Below are positions 37,933 to 48,906 of a stretch of DNA of 64,000 nt, in pieces. Origin of the DNA: Mobula hypostoma. Its lineage: Eukaryota. Made by a program: the position numbers and the translations under genes. The notes beneath the pieces were generated by a model. That model worked only from the letters and a program-made list of their open reading frames with translations, was not told where the DNA came from and ran no database searches. Within the stretch, counting starts at the first letter, position 1, and each line of letters opens with the position of its first letter. The stretch is taken from NCBI RefSeq assembly GCF_963921235.1, contig NC_086097.1, positions 248,994,001 through 249,058,000 of the forward strand. Direction: 5' to 3'.

Positions 37933-38509
37933 CATTATGAAATTTGCTGTTTTGTGGAGGCAGTACAGTGCTAGACATGAAAATAATGAGAATATATTAA
38001 AAATAACTAAGAAGTGCAAAAAGAGGGTACAATAGTGAGGTAGTGTTCATATGCTTGTGGACCATTCAGAAAGCTGATGGCACCCCTCTAATGTTATGTC
38101 CCTTTTTTTTTGCTTATATCATTTTTATACATGTCTGAGCTGGTATGTTCTTGTTGATTTCATTGGTTTTTTTTGAAAATTTTGAAAAATTTTGTGTGTG
38201 TGTGTGTGTGTGTGTCTCTGTCTCTGCAGGCTCTTGTACCTCCTTTCTGATGGTAGCAATGAGCAGAGAGTATGTACTGGGTGGTGAGGGTCCTTAATGA
38301 TAAATACTGGCTTCTTGGGTCACTGACTGCTAAAGGTATCACCAACGCTCGGAGGCTAATCCCCATGATAAAGCTGGCTGAGTTTACAACCCTCTGTGGT
38401 TTTTTCTGATCCCTCCATACCAGATGACAATGCACCATGTCTGCTCTCAGTTAGCTGAAGAAGTACAGCAGAACATAAGGAACCCTTCCCCTGGGCACAT
38501 CCTGGTTAC

Positions 38510-40515
38510 AGACATAGTCATAGAACTCTACAGCATATTAGCATGCCCTTTGGCCCATCTAGACGATACCGAACTGTGTCCCATCAACCGACACCCAGAC
38601 CATAGCCCTCCATACCCCTCCTATCCATTGACCTATCCAAACTTCTCCTAGGTGTTGATATTCAACCCACATCCACCACATCTGCTGGCAGCTCATTCCA
38701 CACTCACACCACCCTCTGAGTGAAGTTCCCCTTGTGTTCCCCATAAACTTTTCATCTTTCACCCTCAACCCACGACCTCTGGTTGTTGTCCCACCCAACT
38801 TCAGTGGAAAAAGCCTGCTTGCATTTCCCCTATCTATAATCCTCATAGTGTTGTATGCCTCCATCAAATCTCCTCTCAGTCTTCAACGCTCCAGGGAATA
38901 CAGTCCTAACCTATTCAACCTTTTCCTCCAGGTCCTCCAGACCCAGCAACATCCTTGTAAATTTTCTCTGCACTCTTTCAACCTTATTTACATCTTTCCT
39001 GTAGGTAGGTGACCAAAACTGCACACAATACCCCAAATTAGGCCTCACCAACGTCTTATACAACTTCAACATAACATCCCATCTCTTGTACTCAGTACTT
39101 TGATTTATGAAAGTCAATGATCCAAAGGCTTTCTTTACGACCCTCTCTACCTGTGACACCACTTAGAAAGTATTACAGATCTGTATTCCTAGATCCCTGT
39201 TCTACCCACTTCACCCATGACCTCTAGTTCCAGTCTCACTCAACCTCGGTGGAAAATAGCGTACGTGCATTTACCCTATCTCTACCACTAACAGTTTTGT
39301 GTACCTCTATCAGTTCTCCATTGCTCCAGAGAATAAAGTCCTAACCTATTCAAATTTACCCTGCAGGTTAATGCCTTCTGAAGACATTAGTGCATTGGGG
39401 AACATTTTGGCTCTGGTGACCATAATTCTATTAGTTTTAAGATAGTGACAGAGAGTGATTTAACTGTTGAATACACAAGCCAGATTTTAATATATTCTTC
39501 TCTATCTGTCCAACAGGATATGGAAAGTTCTGGTGAATTTGGATCCCTGGGCATACCTGGAAAACCTGGACTTCCTGGACCTCAGGGTCCCCCAGTAAGA
39601 ATCTTAAATAATCTGGGAAACTCTTCCCCTTATAATCCTTTCAGAACAGAACTTCTGACCCAACTGTACCCTTCTGGCACACGGAACATAGAAGAATGCG
39701 GCCCACGAACAAGCCCTTCGGCCCATAATGTTGTGCCGAACCAGCTAAAAAGTAAATTTTTTAAAACCCAAAATCGAATCCCTCCTATCTACACAATGTC
39801 CATATCCCTCCATCTTCCACGTACCCATGTGCCTATCTAAAGGTCTCTTAAATGCCTCGAATGTGTCTGCCTCTACCACCACCCCAGGCAGCTCATTGCA
39901 GGCATCCACGACTCTCTGAGTAAAAAACTTACGCTCACATCCCCCTTAAACCTACCCCCTCTCACCTTCAATAAGTGTCCTCTGGAATTAGACATTTCCA
40001 GCCAGGGAAATAGATACTCCCTGCCTACTCTATCTATCCCTCCCTTAATCGTACAAACCTTTATGCAATCTCCCCTCAGCCTCCGCTGCTCTAAAGAAAA
40101 CAACCCAAGTTTATCCAGCCTCTCATGATAGCACATGCCCTCGAAATCAGGCAGCATCCTGGTAAACCTCTTATGCACCCTCCCCAATGCCTTGACATCC
40201 TTCCTATATTGGGGCAACCAGAGATGTGTGCAATGCTTCAGACATGATCTAACGAGAGTTCTATGAAGTTGCAACATAATCTCTTGACTTTTGAACTCAA
40301 TGCCTTGACTAATAAAAGCAAGCATTCCATAAAAATTCTTAACCACCCTATCGACCTGTGTAGCCACTTTCAAGGAGCTATGAACTTGGACCCCAAGGTC
40401 TCTCTGCTCAGCAACACTACTAACACTCTTGCCCTTAACAATGTGCTGTCTCCTTGCATTTGCCCTACCAAGGTTCAACACCTCACATTCATCTGGGTTA
40501 GACTGTCTTCCACCT
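38510..40515 (-). mobile_element. Decayed CR1 3' fragments on either side of the 39517 exon (38510-39360 and 39680-40515)
   Basis: ORFs 38559..38867, 38911..39162 and 39873..40553. Confidence 0.8.
39517..39594 (+). CDS. COL15A1: Multiplexin collagen exon, 78 nt, DMESSGEFGSLGIPGKPGLPGPQGPP
   Basis: Acceptor tctatctgtccaacag, donor CCA|gtaaga; DMExSG multiplexin motif; inside ORF 39445..39840. Confidence 0.92.
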
Positions 40516-40719
40516 GTAAACTGTACGCAAGCACAGGGCCCACCCCTCTGCACAGTGCCGTTGGAAGCCTTGAAATAAATTATTGGACTGGATTGTGAAT
40601 GCTGACGTGCCGCTCGTGTCTGATACAGCAGATTTGCAGGTTACAAAGATTCTACATGACAACAGACTTCAAATATTTGTTCAACAGTTGACTCTCTCTC
40701 TCCCTCTCTCTCCCTGCAG

Positions 40720-40755
40720 GGCGAAAGAGGTAAACAGGGCTCTCCAGGTGAAATG
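40720..40755 (+). CDS. COL15A1: Multiplexin collagen exon, 36 nt, GERGKQGSPGEM
   Basis: Long CT tract plus ctgcag acceptor, donor ATG|gtaagt. Confidence 0.9.
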
Positions 40756-41448
40756 GTAAGTTCAGGTCAATCAAGAGGCCATTTTTAATCCTGTTTTCTC
40801 CACCTGGCAACCTGCAGAAAAGATAGCAGACGGTCCAATCCAATGGCGCCACAACTCTGCTGACTGGGATAATGGAAACATGGGCTTCGTTTCTCAGTGT
40901 CGTGTTTCTGTTCATCCTTCTAAGGCAGTCCCCCAGGGTCAAAGATAACTTGCTTCCACTTGGGTTCTGTGGGTTGGGAGTAGCTGATGTGGCTAAGGTG
41001 GGAATCATGGACTCGCCCATGAATGGGAAAGGCGAGGACTGATTGGGGAGCTTGTGAGGGAGTGCATTTCTTCCACCTTACAGCCGGGGACTTTCTGCAC
41101 TACCGATACACAAATTCGAGGTTCCGAGGGCCAGCCCTTTTCTTTGAGCACCCCTGTGCCAGAGGTTCCAAGGAATGGGAGGACATTCCATTTCTTGAAG
41201 GAGGCTCCAAACATCTGACTGAGTTCTTCCAGGATTTGATAAAGGCAGAGCAATGGGTTTGGTGGATATAAACTTTTGGAAGGCTTTCAACAAGGTTCCC
41301 CATGATGGGCTTATTCAGATAGTCATGAGGCATGGATCCTGAGAAAAATGGCTGTATGGATTCAGAATTGGCTTGCCCACAGAAGGCAGGAGGTGGTAGT
41401 AGATGGAGCTTATCCTGCCTGGAGGTAGATCTGTTCTAGAACCCCCAC

Positions 41449-41876
41449 TGTGGTGGGAAATCAGGTTCGTGGGGTCAGAAGAGACACACAGTTAAGTTGA
41501 CTGTTTATTTACAAGACAAAACTGACACTGAACATGCAGTAAACCCTTCAAGCTAAGCCCGGTTACAGATACTTATCTAAGCTGAGCGTCGAAAGTGGCA
41601 GGAGAAAATAGGTGCTAAACGTATACACAGTGGTAAATATCTATTTAAAGTGTGCTGCCAGGCCCTCTGTACCGCAGCAGATCCACCCCACCCCCAGCCC
41701 ACCATCTACCGTTTCTGTGGCAATATCAGCTACCTGGTACACGGGGACCTGAGAGAAACAGAGACCGTATGATAGTGCACACTAGATTTAAACCCTAGCT
41801 ATGTTGTGACGTCATCAGCGAAACGGAAGCTGGTGGGATGGGCCACAACGCTCCTTACACCGGCCAGTCCCCTACA
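41449..41876 (-). mobile_element. Candidate solo LTR (428 bp) inserted in a CR1 fragment
   Basis: TGT...ACA ends with short imperfect inverted repeat; flanks CCCCAC / TCCCAC; minus-strand order TATA-like (41642-41649), then AATAAA (41504-41509), then GT-rich tract. Confidence 0.55.
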
Positions 41877-43012
41877 TCCCACGGGGCATTTTCTTTCGAT
41901 GAGCAGGCAGGTTGCGACGCTGGAGCACCTGTGCTTTGTGATCTGACAATGACTTGGATGAGGAAATGGAAGGGTGCTTAGTAAGCTTGTGGATGGTAAG
42001 AAGGTTAGTGGTGTTGTGGATGGTGTGGACGCAGGCTGCAATGGGACATTAATAGATTGTACAGCTGGGCTAAGAAGGGGCAGACCTTGACCAACTTTCT
42101 GTGCGAGAACTCTCCAGTTCAGTGACCAACAAATAATCCCTACCATCCATGTACCTATCCAAACTCACTTAAACGTGAAATTGAGCTTGCACGCACCACT
42201 CGCACTGGCAGCTCCTTCCACAGTCTCACGACTGTCTGAGAAGTGTCCTCTCGTGTTCCCCTTCAACTTTTCACCTTTCACCCTTGACCCATGATGTCTA
42301 GTTGTAGTCCCACCTGACTTCAGTGGAAAAACCCTGCTTGCATTTACCCTATCTATACCCCTCATAATTTTGTATACTTCTATCAAATCTCTTCTCAATT
42401 GTCTACACTGCAAGGAATAAAGTCCAAACCTAGTCAGTGTTTTCTTATAACTCAGGTCCTCCAGTCCTGGCAACATCCTTGTAAATTTTCTCAGTACTCA
42501 CTCAGCCTTATTTGCAAATGAACCTAAAGTGATAAAAAGAAATATAAAGTTTGCATTTGCATAGTGCCTTTCAAGCCCTCATGATACTGACAGTACTCTA
42601 CAGCCAAAAGGGCATTTTTGATGTGTAGTTCTATATAACGTCACGATTGTTCTAGGTGGGATGGTAGCGTAGCAGTGAGCGCATCACTTTACTGCACTAG
42701 TGACTGGGTCTCAATTCCCAGCACTGTCTGCAAAGGGTTTGTACAGTCTCCATGACCATGTGGGTTTTCCCTGGGTGCTCTGATTTCCTCCCACATTCCA
42801 AAGATGTACTGGCTCATAGGTCAGGGTTCTAGTATGGATAGTGTCTGATTGGCAGGAGGCAAAGAGTGGGAATAAAGGGAGACTTCTCTGACTGACTGCC
42901 AGTGACTAATGGTGTTCCACAGGGGTCTGTTTTGGGACCGATTCTCTTTACGTTTTATGTCAAAGATTTGGATGACGGAATTGATGGCTTTGTGGCCAAG
43001 TTTGCAGAAGAT

Positions 43013-45744
43013 ATAGAAACATAGAAACATAGAAAATAGGTGCAGGAGTAGGCCATTCGGCCCTTCGAGCCTGCACCGCCATTTATTATGATCATGGCTG
43101 ATCATCCAACTCAGAACCCAGCCTTCCCTCCATACCCCCTGACCCCTGTAGCCACAAGGGCCATATCTAACTTCCTTTTAAACATAGCTAATGAACTGGC
43201 CTCAACAGTTTGCTGTGGCAGAGAATTCCACAGATTCACCACTCTCTGTGTGAAGAAGTTTTTCCTAATCTCGGTCCTAAAAGGCTTCCCCTCTATCCTC
43301 AAACTGTGACCCCTCGTTCTAGACCTCCCCAACATCGGGAACAATCTTCCCGCATCTAGCCTGTCCAATCCTTTTAGGATCTTATACGTTTTTTGAGGAT
43401 GTAACTAGTAGAGTGGATAGGGGAGAACCAGTGGATGTGGTATATTTGGATTTTCAAAAGGCTTTTGACAAGGTCCCACACAGGAGATTAGTGTGCAAAC
43501 TTAAAGCACACGGTATTGGGGGTAAGGTATTGATGTGGATAGAGAATTGGTTAGCAGACAGGAAGCAAAGAGTGGGAATAAACGGGACCTTTTCAGAATG
43601 GCAGGCAGTGACTAGTGGGGTACCGCAAGGCTCAGTGCTGGGACCCCAGTTGTTTACAATATATATTAATGACTTAGATGAGGGAATTAAATGCAGCATC
43701 TCCAAGTTTGCGGATGACACGAAGCTGGGTGGCAGTGTTAGCAGTGAGGAGGATGCTAAGAGGATGCAGGGTGACTTGGATAGGTTGGGTGAGTGGGCAA
43801 ACTCATGGCAGATGCAATTTAATGTGGATAAATGTGAAGTTATCCACTTTGGTGGCAAAAATAGGAAAACAGATTATTATCTGAATGGTGGCCGATTAGG
43901 AAAAGGGGAGGTGCAACGAGACCTGGGTGTCATTATACACCAGTCATTGAAAGTGGGCATGCAGGTACAGCAGGCGGTGAAAAAGGCGAACGGTATGCTG
44001 GCATTTATAGCGAGAGGATTCGAGTACAGGAGCAGGGAGGTACTACTGCAGTTGTACAAGGCCTTGGTGAGACCACACCTGGAGTATTGTGTGCAGTTTT
44101 GGTCCCCTAATCTGAGGAAAGACATCTTTGCCATAGAGGGAGTACAAAGAAGGTTCACCAGATTGATTCCTGGGATGGCAGGTCTTTCATATGAAGAAAG
44201 ACTGGATGAACTGGGCTTGTACTCGTTGGAATTTAGAAGATTGAGGGGGGATCTGATTGAAACGTATAAGATCCTAAAAGGATTGGACAGGCTAGATGCG
44301 GGAAGATTGTTCCCGATGTTGGGGAGGTCTAGAACGAGGGGTCACAGTTTGAGGATAGAGGGGAAGCCTTTTAGGACCGAGGTTAGGAAAAACTTCTTCA
44401 CACAGAGAGTGGTGAATCTGTGGAATTCTCTGCCACAGCAAACTGTTGAGGCCAGTTCATTAGCTATGTTTAAAAGGAAGTTAGATATGGCCCTTGTGGC
44501 TACAGGGGTCAGGGGGTATGGAGGGAAGGCTGGGTTCTGAGTTGGATGATCAGCCATGATCATAATAAATGGCGGTGCAGGCTCGAAGGGCCGAATGGCC
44601 TACTCCTGCACCTATTTTCTATGTTTCTATGTTTCTATGTTTCAATCAGATCCCCCCTCAATCTTCTAAATTCCAACGAGTACAAGCCCAGTTCATCCAG
44701 TCTTTCTTCATATGAAAGACCTGCCATCCCAGGAATCAATCTGGTGAACCTTCTTTGTACTCCCTCTATGGCAAAGATGTCTTTCCTCAGATTAGGGGAC
44801 CAAAACTGCACACAATACTCCAGGTGTGGTCTCACCAAGGCCTTGTACAACTGCAGTAGTACCTCCCTGCTCCTGTACTCGAATCCTCTCGCTATAAATG
44901 CCAGAATACCGTTCGCCTTTTTCACCGCCTGCTGTACCTGCATGCCCACTTTCAATGACTGGTGTATAATGACACCCAGGTCTCGTTGCACCTCCCCTTT
45001 TCCTAATCGGCCACCATTCAGATAATAATCTGTTTTCCTATTTTTGCCACCAAAGTGGATAACTTCACATTTATCCACATTAAATTGCATCTGCCATGAG
45101 TTTGCCCACTCACCCAACCTATCCAAGTCACCCTGCATCCTCTTAGCATCCTCCTCACTGCTAACACTGCCACCCAGCTTTGTGTCATCCGCAAACTTGG
45201 AGATGCTGCATTTAATTCCCTCATCCAAGTCATTAATATATATTGTAAACAACTGGGGTCCCAGCACTGAGCCTTGCGGTACCCCACTAGTCACCGCCTG
45301 CCATTCTGAAAAGGTCCCGTTTATTCCCACACTTTGCTTCCTGTCTGCTAACCAATTCTCCACCCACACCAATACCTTACCCCCAATACCATGTGCTTTA
45401 AGTTTGCACACTAATCTCCTATGTGGGACCTTGTCAAAAGCCTTTTGAAAATCCAAATATACCACATCCACTGGTTCTCCCCTATCCACTCTACTAGTTA
45501 CATCCTCAAAAAATTCTATGAGATTCGTCAGACATGATTTTCCTTTCACAAATCCATGCTGACTTTGTCCGATCATTTCACCGCTTTCCAAATGTGCTGT
45601 TATCACATCCTTGATAACTGACTCCAGCAGTTTCCCCACCACCGACGTTAGGCTAACCGGCCTATAATTCCCCGGTTTCTCTCTCCCTCCTTTTTTAAAA
45701 AGTGGGGTTACATTAGCCACCCTTGGGGTTACATTAGCCACCCT
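43013..45744 (-). mobile_element. Very young CR1 subfamily D (outer copy), split at 43391/44639
   Basis: ORF 44635..45741 (..GDLIET) continues in 43111..43390 (YKILKGLDRL..); no stops in the RT; (CTATGTTT)n tail at 43013. Confidence 0.92.
43389..44642 (+). mobile_element. Very young CR1 subfamily D (inner copy) with an open 375-aa RT frame
   Basis: ORF 43413..44540: YLDFQKAFD, SGVPQGSVLGP, FADDTK; (CTATGTTT)n tail. Confidence 0.95.
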
Positions 45745-45761
45745 ATGAAGACAGGTGGAGG

Positions 45762-46352
45762 ATATATTGATGATGAGGTTGTATAAGGCATTGGTGAGGC
45801 CGAATCTGGAGTATTGTGTTCAGTTTTGGTCACAAATTACAGGAAGGATATAAATACGGTTGAAAGAGTGCAGAGAAGGTTTACAAGGATGTTGCCGGGA
45901 CTTGAGAAACTCAGTTACAGAGAAAGGTTGAATAGGTTAGGACTTTATTCCCTGGAGCGTAGAAGAATGAGGGGAGATTTGATAGAGGTATATAAAATTA
46001 TGATGGGTATAGATAGAGTGAATGCAAGCAGGCTTTTTCCACTGAGGCAAGGGGAGAAAAAAACCAGAGGACATGGGTTAAGGGTGAGGGGTGGAAAGTT
46101 TAAAGGGAACATTAGCGGGGGCTTCTTCACACAGAGAGTGGTGGGAGTATGGAATGAGCTGCCAGACGAGGTGGTAAGTGCGGGTTCTTTTTTAACATTT
46201 AAGAATAAATTGGACAGATACATGGATGGGAGGTGTATGGAGGGATATGGTCCGTGTGCAGGTCAGTGGGACTAGGCAGAAAATGGTTCGGCACAGCCAA
46301 GAAGGGTCAAAAGGCCTGTTTCTGTGCTGTAGTTTTTCTATGGTTTCTATGG
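45762..46352 (+). mobile_element. Young CR1 3' fragment (a third subfamily)
   Basis: ORF 45814..46275; (CTATGGTTT)n tail. Confidence 0.88.
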
Positions 46353-47296
46353 CAGGTAGTTTTGAAGAAGTAGAGAGGCTCCAGAAGTCCAGATTAGGAG
46401 AATGGGCGCAGAAATGGCAGATGGAATACAGTGTCAGGAAGTGTATGGTCATGCACTTTGTTAGAAGAAATGAAATGGTGGACTATTTTATAAATGGAGA
46501 GAAAATCCAAAAATCTAAGGTGCAAATGGGGCTTGAGAGTCCTTGTGCAGGATTCCCTGAAGTTTAATTTTCAGGTTGAGTTGTTGGTGAGAAAGGCAAA
46601 TGCGATTTCAAAAGAACTGGAATATAAAAGCAAGGATTTAATATTGAGGCTTCATAGAGCACTGGTGAGGCCTCACTTGGAGTACTGTGAGCGGTTTTGG
46701 GCCCCTTAGAGGATGTGCTGACATCGGAGAGGGTTCAGAGAAGGTTCACGAAAATTATTCCAGAATTAAAAGGCTTGTCATATGAGGAGCATTTGTTGGC
46801 TCTGGAGGGGATGTTTCCTGCGATGGAAGAGTCTAAAACCAGAGGACACAACCTAAGAAAAGAGGGGCGTCCTTTTAGAATGAAAATGAGGAGGAATTTC
46901 TTTAGCCAGAGAGTGGTAAATCTGTGGAATTCATTGCCACAAGTAGTTGTAAAGGCCAAGTATTTATGTATATTTATGGCAGAGGTTGATAGATCCTTGA
47001 CTGGTCGGGGCATGAAGAGGTACGGGGAGAAAGCAGGAGATTGGGGATGAGAAGGAAATGGATCAGACATGATGAAATGATGGAGCAGACCCAATGGGCC
47101 AAATGGCCTAATTCTGCTGCCAAGTCTTATGGTCTTAATTGACCACATGGGTGTACTTGGTGGTGCGGGCTCGTTAGGCCGGAAAGTCCTGTTACCATGC
47201 TGTATCTCTAAAAAAATAAACATTAAATAATAATGTTGATGAGACAGAAGAAGGCATTAATTTCTCTCTGACACCTGCAATTCTCTTTTTTTTGAG

Positions 47297-47350
47297 GGCT
47301 CTCCTGGTCTTCCTGGGTCACCTGGACAAGCTGGATTACCTGGACCCATG
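47297..47350 (+). CDS. COL15A1: Multiplexin collagen exon, 54 nt, GSPGLPGSPGQAGLPGPM
   Basis: Six perfect Gly-X-Y triplets; unusual GAG acceptor after a T tract; donor ATG|gtttgt. Confidence 0.85.
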
Positions 47351-48521
47351 GTTTGTGTTTTTTTTATTGATTGTTTCTGCCGCTTTGACTTCAGTGAAGT
47401 TGGCTGTCGCTTACAGTAACTCCAGAACAGGGGATCCCGACCATGGGCCCCCACCATTAACCAAGTGGTCAGTGGACCCAGGTTAGGAACCCCTGTTCTG
47501 AAGTGAGGATGGTACCACAGCTCAGCCTGTGCCAAGAAAGGAAATTCATGGATGATCCCCTACACCAGTTGGAGTCATGGAACACTACAGCACATAAACA
47601 ACCCCTTTGGCCCATCTAGTCCATGCCAGACTATTACTCTGCCTAGTCCTAGCAACCTGCACCTGAATCATTGCCCTCTATATCTCCCCCACCCATGTAC
47701 TTATCCAAACTTCTCTTAAAAGTTGAAATCAGACCCGCATCCAACATTTCTACTGGCAGCTTGTTCCACACTCTCACCACCTTCTTAATGAAGAAGTTCC
47801 CCTTCAGGTTCTCCTTAAATATTTCACCTTTCACACTTAACCCATGACCCTCACCCAACCTCAGTGAAAAAAGCCTGCTCTCATAATCTTGTATCACTCC
47901 CCTCATTCTCCTGCGCCCCTGTGAGCAAAGCCCTAACCTGTTCAAACATGCCCTGTGACTCAGGTCCTCAAGTCCTGACAACATCCTTGTAAACTCTCTC
48001 TGCATCTAGACCTGTGGTCTGAAGCAAGAAGTGTGATTCCATGATGTTATTTTTGAGGGTGCCCATAGGAACCACTATTAAACGATGAAGGGACTTCAGA
48101 TGCTGGAGTCATGTCTCACTGCTTCAGCAATGACCTTTGGTACACACTCAGTGGCCTATTTGTTAGCTACACCTGTATTGAAAGATGTAGCCACCGAGTG
48201 TATGTTCATGGTCTTCTGCTGGTGTAGCCCGTCCACTTCAATGTTCGATGTGCTGTATGTTCAGAGATGCTCTTCTGCACACCACCGTTGTAACGTGGGG
48301 TTATTTGAGTTACTGTCACCTTCCTGTCAGCTTGAACCAGTCTGGCCATTCTCCTCTGACCTCTCTCATTAACAAGGCGTTTTCACCCACAGATGTCATT
48401 ACGTTTTATTTTTTTGGTTTTACACCATTCTCTATAAACCATAGAGACTGTTTCGCATGAAAATCCCAGGAGGTCAGCAGTTTCTGAGATACTCAAACCA
48501 CCCTGTCTAACTCCAACAATC

Positions 48522-48906
48522 AAATTCAAACAACACACATCAAAGTTGCTGGTGAACGCAGCAGGCCAGGCAGCATCTCTAGGAAGAGGTACAGTCGATG
48601 TTTCGGGCCGAGACCCTTCGTCAGGACTAACTGAAGGAAGAGCTAGTAAGAGATTTGAAAGTGGGATGGGGAGGGGGAGATCCAAAATGATAGGAGAAGA
48701 CAGGAGGGGGAGGGATGGAGCCAAGAGCTGGACAGGTGATTGGCAAAAGGGATATGAGAGGATCATGGGACAGGAGGCCCAGGGAGAAAGGAAAGGGGGG
48801 AGGGGAACCAGAGGATGGGCAAGGGGTATAGTCAGAGGGACAGAGGAGAGAAAGAAAAAGAACGTGTGTATATAAATAAATAACGGATGGGGTACGAGGG
48901 GGAGGT
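48522..48906 (-). mobile_element. Young Penelope-like pLTR/3' end
   Basis: Near-identical to 102-395; carries the best-preserved hammerhead motif. Confidence 0.8.
48593..48628 (-). ncRNA. Minimal type I hammerhead ribozyme motif (PLE-associated)
   Basis: Minus strand AGTC-CTGACGA-A-GGG-TCTCGG-CCC-GAAA-C-ATC-GACT: stem I AGTC/GACT, core CUGANGA and GAAA, stem II GGG/CCC, NUH site AUC. Confidence 0.75.

Larger units (their letters stand above)
42832..47137 (+). mobile_element. Older host CR1 split by three young CR1 insertions
   Basis: Host reads GVPQGSVLG..KFAED (to 43012), MKTGG (45745-45761), then AGSFEEVERLQ (from 46351) to its tail. Confidence 0.8.

Noticed and set aside
38193..38260. 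(TG)n followed by a strong-looking acceptor tctctgcag as an extra exon
   Set aside because: It leads into a Rex1 fragment with a nearby stop and no Gly-X-Y.
43413..45741. Long RT ORFs (375 and 368 aa) as a domesticated gene or a retron/DGR-like system
   Set aside because: They are 5'-truncated CR1 ORF2 copies with LINE tails, no start context and no accessory genes.
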